Assembly: GCA_049514475.1 (NCBI GenBank)
Contig: JBEKVA010000001.1
Span: forward strand, 1 to 40,176
Reading direction: 5' to 3'
Origin: Spirochaetia bacterium
GTDB lineage: Bacteria > Spirochaetota > Spirochaetia > SZUA-6 > Fen-1364
DNA: 40,176 nt
Of this stretch, positions 8,905 to 17,595 are shown piece by piece. The first letter of the stretch is position 1, and each line of letters begins with the position of its first letter. The notes below the pieces were generated by a model that saw only the letters and a list, made by a program, of their open reading frames with translations, was not told where the DNA came from and did not search any database. The translations under genes were made by a program, and so were the position numbers.

Positions 8905-9387
8905 ATGAAAAAGAGAATGATTCTTGTGTTCATCGTACTGCTAGTGGCGGCAACCGCGGCGTTCGCGGTCAAGGGCGAGGGTCTTGCCATCGGCGCCGAG
9001 GTTACATCCACGAACTTCAACAGCTGGGGAGGAATGCTCAACCTCCACATCCCGCACGTGCCCCTCCAATTCGCCCTTGGAGGATACGCTGGCAACGGCT
9101 ATTCCGGCTTCGATCTGAAAGTGGACTACTGGCTGGCTCATGGCAACTTCGCAAGCGGCTTCGACTGGTACGTCGGCCTCGGAGGCTATTTCGCCACGCA
9201 GCTGCAGCCGGACTCCACATTTTCCCTGGGCGCTCGTCTCCCCCTGGCCCTGCAGCTATGGCCCGTTCGCGATCTCATCGAGATATTCTTTGAAATTGCT
9301 CCTGCCTGGATCCCGATTTCCAACAATGGCACCGCGTTTGGAAACTTTGTCCTCCAGCCCGCCCTGGGCTTCAGGATCTGGTTCTAG
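8905..9387 (+). CDS. Small outer-membrane beta-barrel protein (spirochaete DUF3996-like pattern)
   Basis: RBS GAAGGAGAG. Signal peptide MKKRMILVFIVLLVAATAAFA. Gly/aromatic alternating strands and a C-terminal …GFRIWF ending in Phe, as in OMP beta-signals. Confidence 0.7.
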   Translation: MKKRMILVFIVLLVAATAAFAVKGEGLAIGAEVTSTNFNSWGGMLNLHIPHVPLQFALGGYAGNGYSGFDLKVDYWLAHGNFASGFDWYVGLGGYFATQLQPDSTFSLGARLPLALQLWPVRDLIEIFFEIAPAWIPISNNGTAFGNFVLQPALGFRIWF

Positions 9388-9389
9388 TT

Positions 9390-10283
9390 TCTTCCGCTCG
9401 TACTCTGCTTGTGATGGGTCATTCCAAAGGCCCATCACGCTGCATCGCGACGCACGTCCGCGACAACCGCGGGGAGGCGGCCGGCGAGATTTCCATCCGA
9501 CTCGGAGCCTGATCCGGCCGCGAAGGTGTCCCCCGCCCCTACCCTATCGACGATGTCGCGGATGTCATACGCGCGGGAGACCATGAACGCCTTGCCCGTG
9601 TGAAGGACTCCCGACCAGCCATTCTCATCAGCGGACCTGCTTTCCCTCAGCGTGATGGCGATCTTCTGCATTGAGGGAAACTCCGCCAGGACCTTTTCCG
9701 CCAACAGCCGGTATTTGCCGGGGTCCAGCTTTCCCGACTCGATGTCCACCGCGGAGCTGATCCCGAGCGCTTTCTGGCAGTCTTCCTCGTTCGCAATGGC
9801 GACGTCCACCGACTTCATGAGCTCCCGCATGACCTCGGGGCGCTTGCCCCGTACTTCCAGAGGTTCTTGCGATAATTGAGATCGCACGAGACGGTCAGCC
9901 CCGCTCTTTTCGCCGCGCGGACCGCCTCGATGGAAAGTGCGGCTGCTCCGGCGGAAATCGCCGGCCCTGTCTTAGACCACCACCGAGGGCCGCTGGTTTG
10001 CTCCGGCTTCCAGGAAGTGGATCCCCAGCCTGCCGCCCTTGCAGAGGATGTGCGTCGTATCGATGCCCTGCCGGCGGAGCTCTCCCACGCAGGCATCCCC
10101 GATGGGATTTGCGGGGATGACGGAGACGAAGGCGGTATCGCAGCCGAACCTCGCAAGAGCCGTGGCGACATTCGACTCCCCGCCACCGAATGTCGCCTCC
10201 AGCAGCGGGCTCTGGAAGAACCGCTCGACCCCTGGCGGCTTCAACCGCAGCATGATCTCACCGAATGTCACGAAACGGGCCAT
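9390..10283 (-). pseudogene. kdgK: Decayed 2-dehydro-3-deoxygluconokinase (PfkB family)
   Basis: Homology is spread over at least 3 minus-strand frames.
- 10283-9972: MARFVTFGEIMLRLKPPGVERF…FLEAGANQRPSVVV, then a stop.
- About 9970-9851: TGPAISAGAAALSIEAVRAAKRAGLTVSCDLNYRKNLW.
- About 9887-9512: RPEVMRELMKSVDVAIANEEDCQ…VDRVGAGDTFAAG, followed by another shift.
Roughly 30 residues expected between the first two pieces are missing. Confidence 0.75.
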
Positions 10284-10292
10284 AAGGGCCTC

Positions 10293-11213
10293 CTAATGAG
10301 CGCGTCTTTTCCCGTGGCGCAATTCCATGAGGAGCACCACCAGGGCGAACACCAGGACCGAGGCGCCTATGACGGGCACCCTGATGGTCCCTTGCGCGCT
10401 CACCAGGGCGCGCGGATGAAGGTTGACCAGGGCGAGGATTGTCGCGTTGTACAGGCAGTGGGCCGTCATGGAGGCGAAGAGCGTTCCCGATCTCTGGAAG
10501 AGCCAGCCGAGATAGAACCCGACGAACGCCAGCGCCACTACTGACAGCGGGTTGGTGTGAAACAGGGCGAAGATGACCCCCTGGATGACGATGGCAAGCG
10601 GCAGGGAAAGCCGGCGGCGCAGCGTGGTCTGCAGCCAACCGCGGAAGAGGACTTCCTCGCAGACGGCGGGGACCAGGGCGATGGTCCCCACCACCAGCAC
10701 GAGCTGCAGCGGCGTGTGGATGGACAGAAGGGACTCCTGGCCTCCCCTGAGCTCGCGGAGGACCGGCAGCAGGAGATACGTCCACGAATCGAGCAGCTCA
10801 GCGATGGGCACCACGCTCACTGCCCCGATGCCGGCAAGGAGGAGGTCCACCGCGGATGGCCGCTTGTAGCCGAGGTAGGCGGCGGGCGTGCTGCTGTGCC
10901 ACCGGCGGACCAGCACGAACGTGAGCCCGAGAAAAATCGTGAGCTCACCGACGGCGGTGACCGCGAGTATGGAGACCTGGAAGCGCGCGTAGTAACGGGA
11001 GAGGATCTCCAGGAAGCCCCCCGTGCCCACCCATGTGCTGTCCACCGAGCTGACCACGAGCATGATGATGGAAAGCACGAGCGCACCGAGTGTCGAGTAC
11101 AGTGCCCCGCAGATCAGGATCCCCGATACCCCGGCGCCCAGGGGGTTGCGCCCCGGCCGCTCCCATGAACCGTCGAGCGGGACCTCCGCTCCGCCGTTCC
11201 CCCCCTGGCTCAC
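10293..11213 (-). CDS. CPBP-family (CAAX/Abi-type) intramembrane metalloprotease
   Basis: The C-terminal 306 codons of the 594-aa track ORF carry the motifs CEEVLFRGW, FALFH and HCLYN. A GTG at 11213-11211 overlaps the TGA of the upstream gene (GTGA). The track ORF upstream of that point is an off-frame read-through of the neighbouring gene. Confidence 0.8.
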   Translation of the reverse strand: MSQGGNGGAEVPLDGSWERPGRNPLGAGVSGILICGALYSTLGALVLSIIMLVVSSVDSTWVGTGGFLEILSRYYARFQVSILAVTAVGELTIFLGLTFVLVRRWHSSTPAAYLGYKRPSAVDLLLAGIGAVSVVPIAELLDSWTYLLLPVLRELRGGQESLLSIHTPLQLVLVVGTIALVPAVCEEVLFRGWLQTTLRRRLSLPLAIVIQGVIFALFHTNPLSVVALAFVGFYLGWLFQRSGTLFASMTAHCLYNATILALVNLHPRALVSAQGTIRVPVIGASVLVFALVVLLMELRHGKRRAH

Positions 11214-12238
11214 GAGGCTGACTCCCCAGCGGCAGGAGGCGCGGAAACAGTCAGCACCTGCGCGGGTGAGTCGCGGCGCTTCTTCATTGCGAAGAAGAGC
11301 ATGGTCATGAACACCGGGGACACCAGCGCGCTCAACAGGCTCTGCAGGTACGCCATCAGGCCGAGCTTTCTTCCCATGCCGGCAAGCAATCGCAGGAGGG
11401 TCGCGTTGAAGCTCCCCTCCCCCGAGCTCTCCTGCAGGAGGCTTCTCAGGAGCTCGCCGTACTGGCGGATGCTGGCGAAAAAGAGGATCGGCGTGGCGAG
11501 GATGGATGAAGCGAAGCTCACCATGAGACCAAAGAGCAGGATGCAGCCGAACACCCGCCACCATGCGCCGCGGATGAGAAGCGCGCTCTGGTCGAGGCTC
11601 GGCTCGATCTTCATCCCGTCGATGACCAGCGACTCCAGCGTGAGGGAAAAACGCACGAGCGCCCAGACGTAGGCGCCGATGCTCGCGATCCCCAGGATGA
11701 TCCCCAGCACGATGGCAAGCGCGGTCGCCTTCAGGGCAGCGGCCACCCCTACGGCCACCCCTGTCAGCAGCATCCCTGCGGTCAGGGTGATGACGAGGAT
11801 TGCCCCTTGCAGTATCCGCTGGCCGAGAAGCCGCGGGTAGGTGGAAAGCGCAATCTCCACCATGATGGTGAGGGGCGAGGCGGGCACATTGCGGACGGCA
11901 AGGGCCGCGTGCGCTGTAACGCAGGCGCGAACGAAAAGCAGCACCAGGGCCTGGAGGAGCGCGGCCAGCAGTATCCAGAGATACGCCGTGCCGAAAAGGA
12001 CGAGCGTTGACGTCGGCTCCGCCCCCGCGTTCTGGGCAAGGCGCGCCAGCGCGTCGAAGAACCGTCCGTACGCCCACCCAAAGAACCAGGAAGTGGGGAA
12101 AAACAGCACGGCACCCAGGAGAAGGGAGGTCGGCCAGGTGCGGCCCATGATGTGAAATGTTTCATCGAGCAGATCCGCGAGCATCCCCTTTTTGACTTCG
12201 GCCACGTGAGCCTCCTGCGTCAGGATAGTGGACTTCAT
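11210..12238 (-). CDS. Polytopic membrane protein (DUF975/GDPD-membrane-domain-like), translationally coupled to the CPBP protease
   Basis: Start chosen at MKSTILTQEAH… (ATG 12238). About 7 hydrophobic helices. Its stop overlaps the start of the CPBP gene. Confidence 0.6.
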   Translation of the reverse strand: MKSTILTQEAHVAEVKKGMLADLLDETFHIMGRTWPTSLLLGAVLFFPTSWFFGWAYGRFFDALARLAQNAGAEPTSTLVLFGTAYLWILLAALLQALVLLFVRACVTAHAALAVRNVPASPLTIMVEIALSTYPRLLGQRILQGAILVITLTAGMLLTGVAVGVAAALKATALAIVLGIILGIASIGAYVWALVRFSLTLESLVIDGMKIEPSLDQSALLIRGAWWRVFGCILLFGLMVSFASSILATPILFFASIRQYGELLRSLLQESSGEGSFNATLLRLLAGMGRKLGLMAYLQSLLSALVSPVFMTMLFFAMKKRRDSPAQVLTVSAPPAAGESAS

Positions 12239-12468
12239 GTATACTTGTGAAGTGCTTCGACCCGTCTGCGTTCCACAATGTTCCATGCGGGCAGAGAGGC
12301 GTGGAACAGGAGTGGCCGCAACCTGCCGATAAGAGTGTAAGCCTCGGAAATAGATCGAAAACCAGCCGCAAAGGGCCCTCCACGCAGGGGCCCCTTGGCA
12401 CAGGACTTGCTAACCATATTTGGCCGTGGCACTCCCCGGCCCCTATACAGACGAATGAGAGGTACTCC

Positions 12469-14751
12469 GTGCACGCTCGCAATGCCCTGGCATTTTCTCT
12501 CTTCTTCTTCCTGGCCGTCTGCTTCTCCCAGGCCGCCCCGCGGCCCCGGGTTGCCGTCGTGCTCTCGGGAGGCTCGGCACTGGGCCTGGCGCACGTCGGC
12601 GTGCTGGAGGTGATCGAGCGCGCCGGAATTCCCATCGACATGATCCTGGGCACGAGCATGGGCTCGATCGTCGGGGGCCTGTACGCGGCGGGCTACTCCC
12701 CCGAGCAGCTTGATTCCATTGTCACAAAGCTCGACTGGAGCACGGTGTTCTCCGAGCGCAGGGACTCTCCCGGCGATCGCTACGACTGGCTGAAGCGGGA
12801 GAGATTCCCGTTCCGCATCGGGTTCGACCGCCAGGGCGTCAGCCTGGGCGCCGGACTGCTCGAGGGACAGAACGTTCTCTCCCTGTTCACCGAGCTCACC
12901 CTTCACGACCTGACAGTGCGGGACTTCGACAAGCTGCCGGTCCCGTACCGCGCCGTTGCCGCTGACATCCTGACCGGGGAGAAGGTCGTCATCTCCCAAG
13001 GATCCCTTGCCGATGCCATGCGCTCCAGCATGTCCATCCCCGGGATCTTCCGCCCCGACGAGGCCAACGGACGCACCGTCGTCGACGGGGGGATTGCCGA
13101 CAACATGCCCGTGGACGTCGCGCGGGAGATGGGCGCCGATATCGTCATTGCCGTGGAATCCCGGCTGGGAAATCCGAAAAGCGTCGAGGCGCTGAACTCG
13201 AGCATCGCCATCACCGCGCAGACGCTGAACCTGCTGATCCAGCAGAACATGCTCTCCGCCCGGCGCGATGCCGACCTGGTGATCTCTCCCGACCTTCACG
13301 ATTTCAACATGATGAGCTACGCGGATGCCGTGCAGATTGTCGAGCGCGGCCGTGAGGGGGCTGAGGCAGCCTTCCCCCGGCTCCGCGAACTGGCCGAGCA
13401 GATCCAGAAGGTCAGGCCGCTGGTGACACCCGCGGAGCAGGCAAACCGCGCGGCCTTCCGCGCGCCGCCCCTGCTGACCGATGTCAGGATGGACGGAGGC
13501 AGCAACGCCGACCAGGCGCTGGTGCGCCGAATCTTTGCGCCGCTGGTGGGCAAGCCTGCCGACCGCGCCCAGGTGAGAAAGGCCATCGATGCGGCATACG
13601 CCACGGGCCGCTTCGACCTGGTCACCTTCGACCTGCGGCCCGGCGACCAGGCAGGCGCTACGACAGGGGCCGATGAAGCGGCGGGGATAGTCCGCCTGGT
13701 GCCCGACACCACCACTGACAGTGCCGTGCTCCTGGGGGAAAACTTCCGCGCGCTTTTCACTACGGTCACCGACAACGTGTCCCAGCTCACGGCAGGGGCC
13801 ATGCTGAGGGATCTCACCGGCAGGGAATCTGCGCTTTTCACCGAGGTGGGATTCCTGGACAAGCGCAGGCTGTACGTCGAGTATTTCCAGCCCCTGGGGC
13901 CGTTCTTCCTCATGCCGTTCTTCAAGTACGAGTCCCAGTTCGACGGGTATTACATCTCGGTGAGTGACGTGTATCACACCCTGTACCAGAGCACCGGAGG
14001 CGGCGCCTGGGCAGGTCTCACCCTCGACAAGCACCTGGACGTCATGGCCGGCTATTCATATGAGAGCGTGCTTGCCTACGGGTTCGGCGGCGCCGCTGAC
14101 AACAACACGGTGGGCACACTTGCTGGCGCGCTTCGGCTGGACACTTTCCGCACCACCGTCTTCCCCGAGAGCGGGCTCTCCACCCTCGTGCGCGGCCGCC
14201 TGGCGGATCCCTCATTCGGCGGGAACACCGCCTTCACGGCCCTTGAGTGGAACGTCAACGCAGCCATCCCCCTCTCCCGTACCTTCACCCTCGGCGTGGT
14301 CGGCTACGCGGCAAGCGATTTTTCCGGCATCCCTGGTTTCACCGGCCAGATTCCCGTGGAGCGCTCGTTTTCAATACGGCAGCCCGGCATGTTCTACGGC
14401 CTGGAGCCCCGGCCGGAAACCGGCGTGGGCAACCACGTCGGGGCCGCCGCGCTGGAGCTTCGCTGGAAGCTGGGCGCCGTCAGCCCGCTGCTGGGCATCG
14501 ACATCTTCGCTCTTGCCAATGTGTCAGTCGCGGCGGTCCGCCAGGGACTCCCCGGCGACCCCGGCTTCCTGGACTTCCTGCCGCTGCGCTGGGACGGCTC
14601 GCTGGGCCTGGGAGCGCGCATCACCGAGCACACCGGTGTCATGGTGGTTGTCAGCTACGTGAATGACGGCAACACCACCATCTCGGCCCAGCGCTTCGCC
14701 CTCACGCTGGAGGTGGGTACCTTCGCGCAGTTCCTGGAAGACAGGAGATAG
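12469..14751 (+). CDS. Patatin-like phospholipase with POTRA-like segment and Omp85/surface-antigen beta-barrel (type Vd, PlpD-like)
   Basis: GTG at 12469 follows GAGAGG and gives the signal peptide VHARNALAFSLFFFLAVCFSQA. Patatin motifs SGGSALG (oxyanion) and GTSMG (nucleophile elbow), plus DGG. A POTRA-like stretch (…VRMDGGSNADQALVRRIFAPLVGKPADRAQVRKAIDAAYATGRFDLVTFDL…) precedes a C-terminal beta-barrel. The track ORF start at 12247 adds 74 non-protein-like residues. Confidence 0.85.
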   Translation: MHARNALAFSLFFFLAVCFSQAAPRPRVAVVLSGGSALGLAHVGVLEVIERAGIPIDMILGTSMGSIVGGLYAAGYSPEQLDSIVTKLDWSTVFSERRDSPGDRYDWLKRERFPFRIGFDRQGVSLGAGLLEGQNVLSLFTELTLHDLTVRDFDKLPVPYRAVAADILTGEKVVISQGSLADAMRSSMSIPGIFRPDEANGRTVVDGGIADNMPVDVAREMGADIVIAVESRLGNPKSVEALNSSIAITAQTLNLLIQQNMLSARRDADLVISPDLHDFNMMSYADAVQIVERGREGAEAAFPRLRELAEQIQKVRPLVTPAEQANRAAFRAPPLLTDVRMDGGSNADQALVRRIFAPLVGKPADRAQVRKAIDAAYATGRFDLVTFDLRPGDQAGATTGADEAAGIVRLVPDTTTDSAVLLGENFRALFTTVTDNVSQLTAGAMLRDLTGRESALFTEVGFLDKRRLYVEYFQPLGPFFLMPFFKYESQFDGYYISVSDVYHTLYQSTGGGAWAGLTLDKHLDVMAGYSYESVLAYGFGGAADNNTVGTLAGALRLDTFRTTVFPESGLSTLVRGRLADPSFGGNTAFTALEWNVNAAIPLSRTFTLGVVGYAASDFSGIPGFTGQIPVERSFSIRQPGMFYGLEPRPETGVGNHVGAAALELRWKLGAVSPLLGIDIFALANVSVAAVRQGLPGDPGFLDFLPLRWDGSLGLGARITEHTGVMVVVSYVNDGNTTISAQRFALTLEVGTFAQFLEDRR

Positions 14752-14766
14752 CCCCGGCGATAAAAC

Positions 14767-14790
14767 ACGCCTCCCGCCCCTGGGGGGCGT
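14767..14790 (+). terminator. Hairpin after the patatin gene
   Basis: ACGCCTCCC (14767-14775), 6-nt loop, GGGGGGCGT (14782-14790): a 9-bp stem with one G-U pair, followed by CTCCTCCGTTTG. Confidence 0.35.
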
Positions 14791-14847
14791 CTCCTCCGTT
14801 TGCCCGCCTGCCAATCCTCAACTATTTTTGCATTCCGGGTGCCGCAG

Positions 14848-14877
14848 TGTCGATTTTGCGCCGTCGCATTCGACGTC
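14848..14877 (+). promoter_or_regulatory. Candidate ECF-type promoter upstream of the DGPF/sigma operon
   Basis: TGTCGA (14848-14853), 17 nt spacer, CGACGTC (14871-14877), about 20 nt upstream of the ATG at 14896. From memory, ECF42 target promoters have a TGTCGA-like -35 and a CGTC-like -10. I could not verify this here. Confidence 0.35.
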
Positions 14878-14895
14878 TGGGTAGGAGGCAAAGAG

Positions 14896-15330
14896 ATGCG
14901 ATTCATGGTCATGGTAAAGGCCAACGAGGCCAGCGAAAAAGGGATTCTCCCCAGCCAGGAGCTCCTGGCCGAGATGGGCAAATATAACGAAGAGCTCGTG
15001 AAGGCCGGCGTCATGCTTTCCGGTGACGGGCTCCAGCCGAGCTCGAAGGGCGTGCGCGTGAAGTTCAACGGCACGAAACGTTCCGTCGTCGACGGACCAT
15101 TCTCCGAGACCAAGGAGCTGATCGCCGGTTTCTGGATCTTCCAGGTCAGGTCGAAGGAAGAGGCCATCGAGTGGGTGAAGCGCTGCCCGAACCCGCTTCC
15201 CGGGGAGTCGGAGATCGAGATCCGCCAGATCTTCGAGGCTGCCGATTTCGGGGAGGAGCTCACCCCTGAGCTCAGGGAGCAGGAGGATCGCCTGCGCGAG
15301 CAGATGCAGCGCAAGGCTGCCGCGCACTGA
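14896..15330 (+). CDS. YciI-like / DGPF-domain protein
   Basis: RBS GGTAGGAGG. Product MRFMVMVKANEASEKGILPSQELLAEMGKYNEELVKAGVMLSGDGLQPS…DGPFSETKELIAGFWIFQVRSKEEAIEWVKRCP carries the characteristic DGPF motif. Confidence 0.85.
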   Translation: MRFMVMVKANEASEKGILPSQELLAEMGKYNEELVKAGVMLSGDGLQPSSKGVRVKFNGTKRSVVDGPFSETKELIAGFWIFQVRSKEEAIEWVKRCPNPLPGESEIEIRQIFEAADFGEELTPELREQEDRLREQMQRKAAAH

Positions 15331-16598
15331 TGGAAGCGGGCGCCGCCGAAACCAGGCGCACCATCGAGGCTGTCTGGCGGATCGAGTCCGCCAGGATCAT
15401 AGCGGTTGTTGCCCGCATGGTGCGCGACGTCGGTGTGGCGGAGGAGCTGGCGCAGGATGCGCTGGTGATCGCGCTTGAGAAGTGGCCGGTGGCCGGCATT
15501 CCCGAGAAGCCGGGCGCCTGGCTGATGGCGACGGCGAAACACAGGGCCCTCGATCTCCTGCGCCGAAACAAGCGCCTGGAGCGGAAACACGAGGAGCTGG
15601 GCCGCACGCTGGAGCAGGAGGAAACCGCGATGGCCGAGTACGACTCCGCCCTCGACGAGGACATCGAGGATGACATTCTCCGCCTGATGTTCACCGCCTG
15701 CCACCCCGTGCTTTCGCGGGAGGCGCGGGTCGCCCTCACGCTGCGCCTGCTCGGTGGCCTGACGACGGGGGAGATCGCGCGCGCATTCCTCGTCTCCGAG
15801 CCGACCATCGGTCAGCGGATCGTCAGGGCCAGGCGAACGCTCACCGAGGCGCGCGTTCCCTTCGAGGTCCCCCGCGGGGCCGAGCGCGCTCCCCGCCTGT
15901 CATCGGTCCTCGAGGTGATCTACCTGGTCTTCAACGAGGGGTACTCCGCCACCGCGGGCGAGGACTGGGTGCGCCCCGCCCTCTGCGAAGATGCCCTCCG
16001 CCTTGGCCGCATCCTGGCGGGGCTCGCCCCCGGGGAGCCCGAGGTGCACGGCCTGGTGGCGCTCATGGAGATCCAGGCCTCGCGGCTGAGATCGCGCGTG
16101 GGCCCCGCGGGGGAGCCCGTGCTGCTGCTGGAGCAGGACCGCGGTCGCTGGGACCGCCTCCTCATCGGCCGCGGCCTGGCCGCGCTCGCGCGCGCGGAGT
16201 CCCTGGGCGCGCTGGGGCCGTACGCCCTGCAGGCCGCCATCGCCGCCTGCCACGCGCGGGCGCACACCGCCGCAGAGACCGACTGGCGGCGGATTGCAGC
16301 ACTCTACGACGCGCTGGCGCAGCTGGCCCCCTCTCCCGTGGTGGAGCTGAACCGCGCGGTGGCTCTCGGGATGGCCTTCGGTCCCGCCGCCGGCCTGCAG
16401 GTGGTGGACGAGCTTGCCGATGAGCCGTCACTGCGCGGCTATCACCACCTGCCCAGCGTGCGGGGCGACCTCCTGGCGAAGCTCGGCCGCCGGGAGGAGG
16501 CGCGCGCGGAGTTCGCGCGCGCCTCCTCCCTCACGCAGAACGCGCGCGAGCGCGCGCTTTTGCTTTCCCGCGCCGCGGCGTGTCGGGCGGACCGATGA
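15330..16598 (+). CDS. ECF sigma factor with long C-terminal TPR-like extension (ECF42-like)
   Basis: The ATG overlaps the upstream TGA by 1 nt. The sigma2 region is …VARMVRDVGVAEELAQDALVIALEKW…, and sigma4 is …LRLLGGLTTGEIARAFLVSEPTIGQRIVRARRTL…. A roughly 230-aa helical extension follows. Confidence 0.85.
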   Translation: MEAGAAETRRTIEAVWRIESARIIAVVARMVRDVGVAEELAQDALVIALEKWPVAGIPEKPGAWLMATAKHRALDLLRRNKRLERKHEELGRTLEQEETAMAEYDSALDEDIEDDILRLMFTACHPVLSREARVALTLRLLGGLTTGEIARAFLVSEPTIGQRIVRARRTLTEARVPFEVPRGAERAPRLSSVLEVIYLVFNEGYSATAGEDWVRPALCEDALRLGRILAGLAPGEPEVHGLVALMEIQASRLRSRVGPAGEPVLLLEQDRGRWDRLLIGRGLAALARAESLGALGPYALQAAIAACHARAHTAAETDWRRIAALYDALAQLAPSPVVELNRAVALGMAFGPAAGLQVVDELADEPSLRGYHHLPSVRGDLLAKLGRREEARAEFARASSLTQNARERALLLSRAAACRADR

Positions 16599-17484
16599 TG
16601 GCGCGCGCCGCGTCGCAGATGGCGGCAACGGCCGGGTGATCGATCCTGCGCTGCACGCTGATGGCGTACAGCCGCTCGCGCACACCGGGCACAACCCCGA
16701 CTGCCGCAACCTTGTATTGTTGCTCCACTTCCTGGGTGATGGGTGAAGGGGCAGGGAAGACCCCGGCCCCCCTCTGGCCGAACACCATGAGAAGCGCGCT
16801 GTCCTCGAACTCACCCACGATGTCCGGCCGAATCCCCGTTGAATCCAGCCACACGTCCAGCGTCCGCCTCAGCATTGTGTTCTCCGTGGGCAGGAGCATC
16901 GGCGCCCCGTTCAAGGACCCGGGGAAGCCTTTGCGCAGCCGCGCCGCCGCGGCTGGCCTGGCGAACAGGGTGACACCGTAGTCGCCCAGCAGGTGACTGA
17001 AGGCTTTCGCGTTCACGTGGGGGGATGCCGGGGCATCGGTGAGGATCACGTCCAGGTTGAGAAGAACCAGCTCGGCAACCAGGCGGTCAGGCTTGTCCTC
17101 CCGGCAGACCAGGTGCACGGGGCTGCCCGTGCTGCCGGCGCTCTGCAGCACCCTCTGCGCGATCAGCTTGGGCACCACGTCGGCAATGCCCACAGAGAGG
17201 CGCAGCGGCCTGCCCTCCGGCCGCTCGGCAAGCGTGCTCTGCAGCTCGCGGCCCAGGCCGAAGATCTCATCCGCGTAGCGGTATGTCACGCGGCCGATCT
17301 CTGTGAGGGTCAGGCGCCTGCCGCTCCTTACGAAAAGGGGGTGGCCCAGCACTTCCTCAAGCTGGTGGATCTGCTTGCTCACCGTGGAGGGGGCCAGGAG
17401 GAGCCGGGCGCAGGCGCGGCTGAGGCTTCCCTCCCGCGCCACCTGCCAGAAGTAGAGCAGGTGATGATAGTTCAGCCATTCCAT
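16531..17484 (-). CDS. LysR-family regulator, NhaR-like
   Basis: N-terminus MEWLNYHHLLYFWQVAREGSLSRACARLLLAPSTVSKQIHQLEEVLGHPLF closely follows the NhaR-type LysR HTH pattern (…NYNHLYYFW…EGS…). The 3' end overlaps the sigma gene by 68 nt. Confidence 0.85.
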   Translation of the reverse strand: MEWLNYHHLLYFWQVAREGSLSRACARLLLAPSTVSKQIHQLEEVLGHPLFVRSGRRLTLTEIGRVTYRYADEIFGLGRELQSTLAERPEGRPLRLSVGIADVVPKLIAQRVLQSAGSTGSPVHLVCREDKPDRLVAELVLLNLDVILTDAPASPHVNAKAFSHLLGDYGVTLFARPAAAARLRKGFPGSLNGAPMLLPTENTMLRRTLDVWLDSTGIRPDIVGEFEDSALLMVFGQRGAGVFPAPSPITQEVEQQYKVAAVGVVPGVRERLYAISVQRRIDHPAVAAICDAARAIIGPPDTPRRGKAKARARARSA

Positions 17485-17595
17485 GGGGAAATGTTAGTTC
17501 GATTTTATCTCACTTTCAATAGGGTATTATCTATTTGTCTAATCGTCATTCAGGGGCTATGTTCGAAGTGCCGGCAACGGCGGAGGTACGTCGAG

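Noticed and set aside
10293-12077. 594-aa ORF treated as one gene
   Set aside because: Only the C-terminal ~306 residues look like a protein (CPBP motifs). The N-terminal part is Arg/Pro/Gly-rich and overlaps, off-frame, the real membrane-protein gene at 11210-12238.
12235-14034. 599-aa minus-strand ORF
   Set aside because: Antisense to the patatin/Omp85 gene, with a low-complexity G/R/E/H-rich translation and no motif.
17485-17595. yybP-ykoY (Mn2+) or alx-type leader RNA upstream of the TerC operon
   Set aside because: The region is AT-rich and only 110 nt long. I could not find the conserved GGGGAGUAG / UUGACA / GAGACC blocks, and an ORF (HPF-like) separates it from terC.
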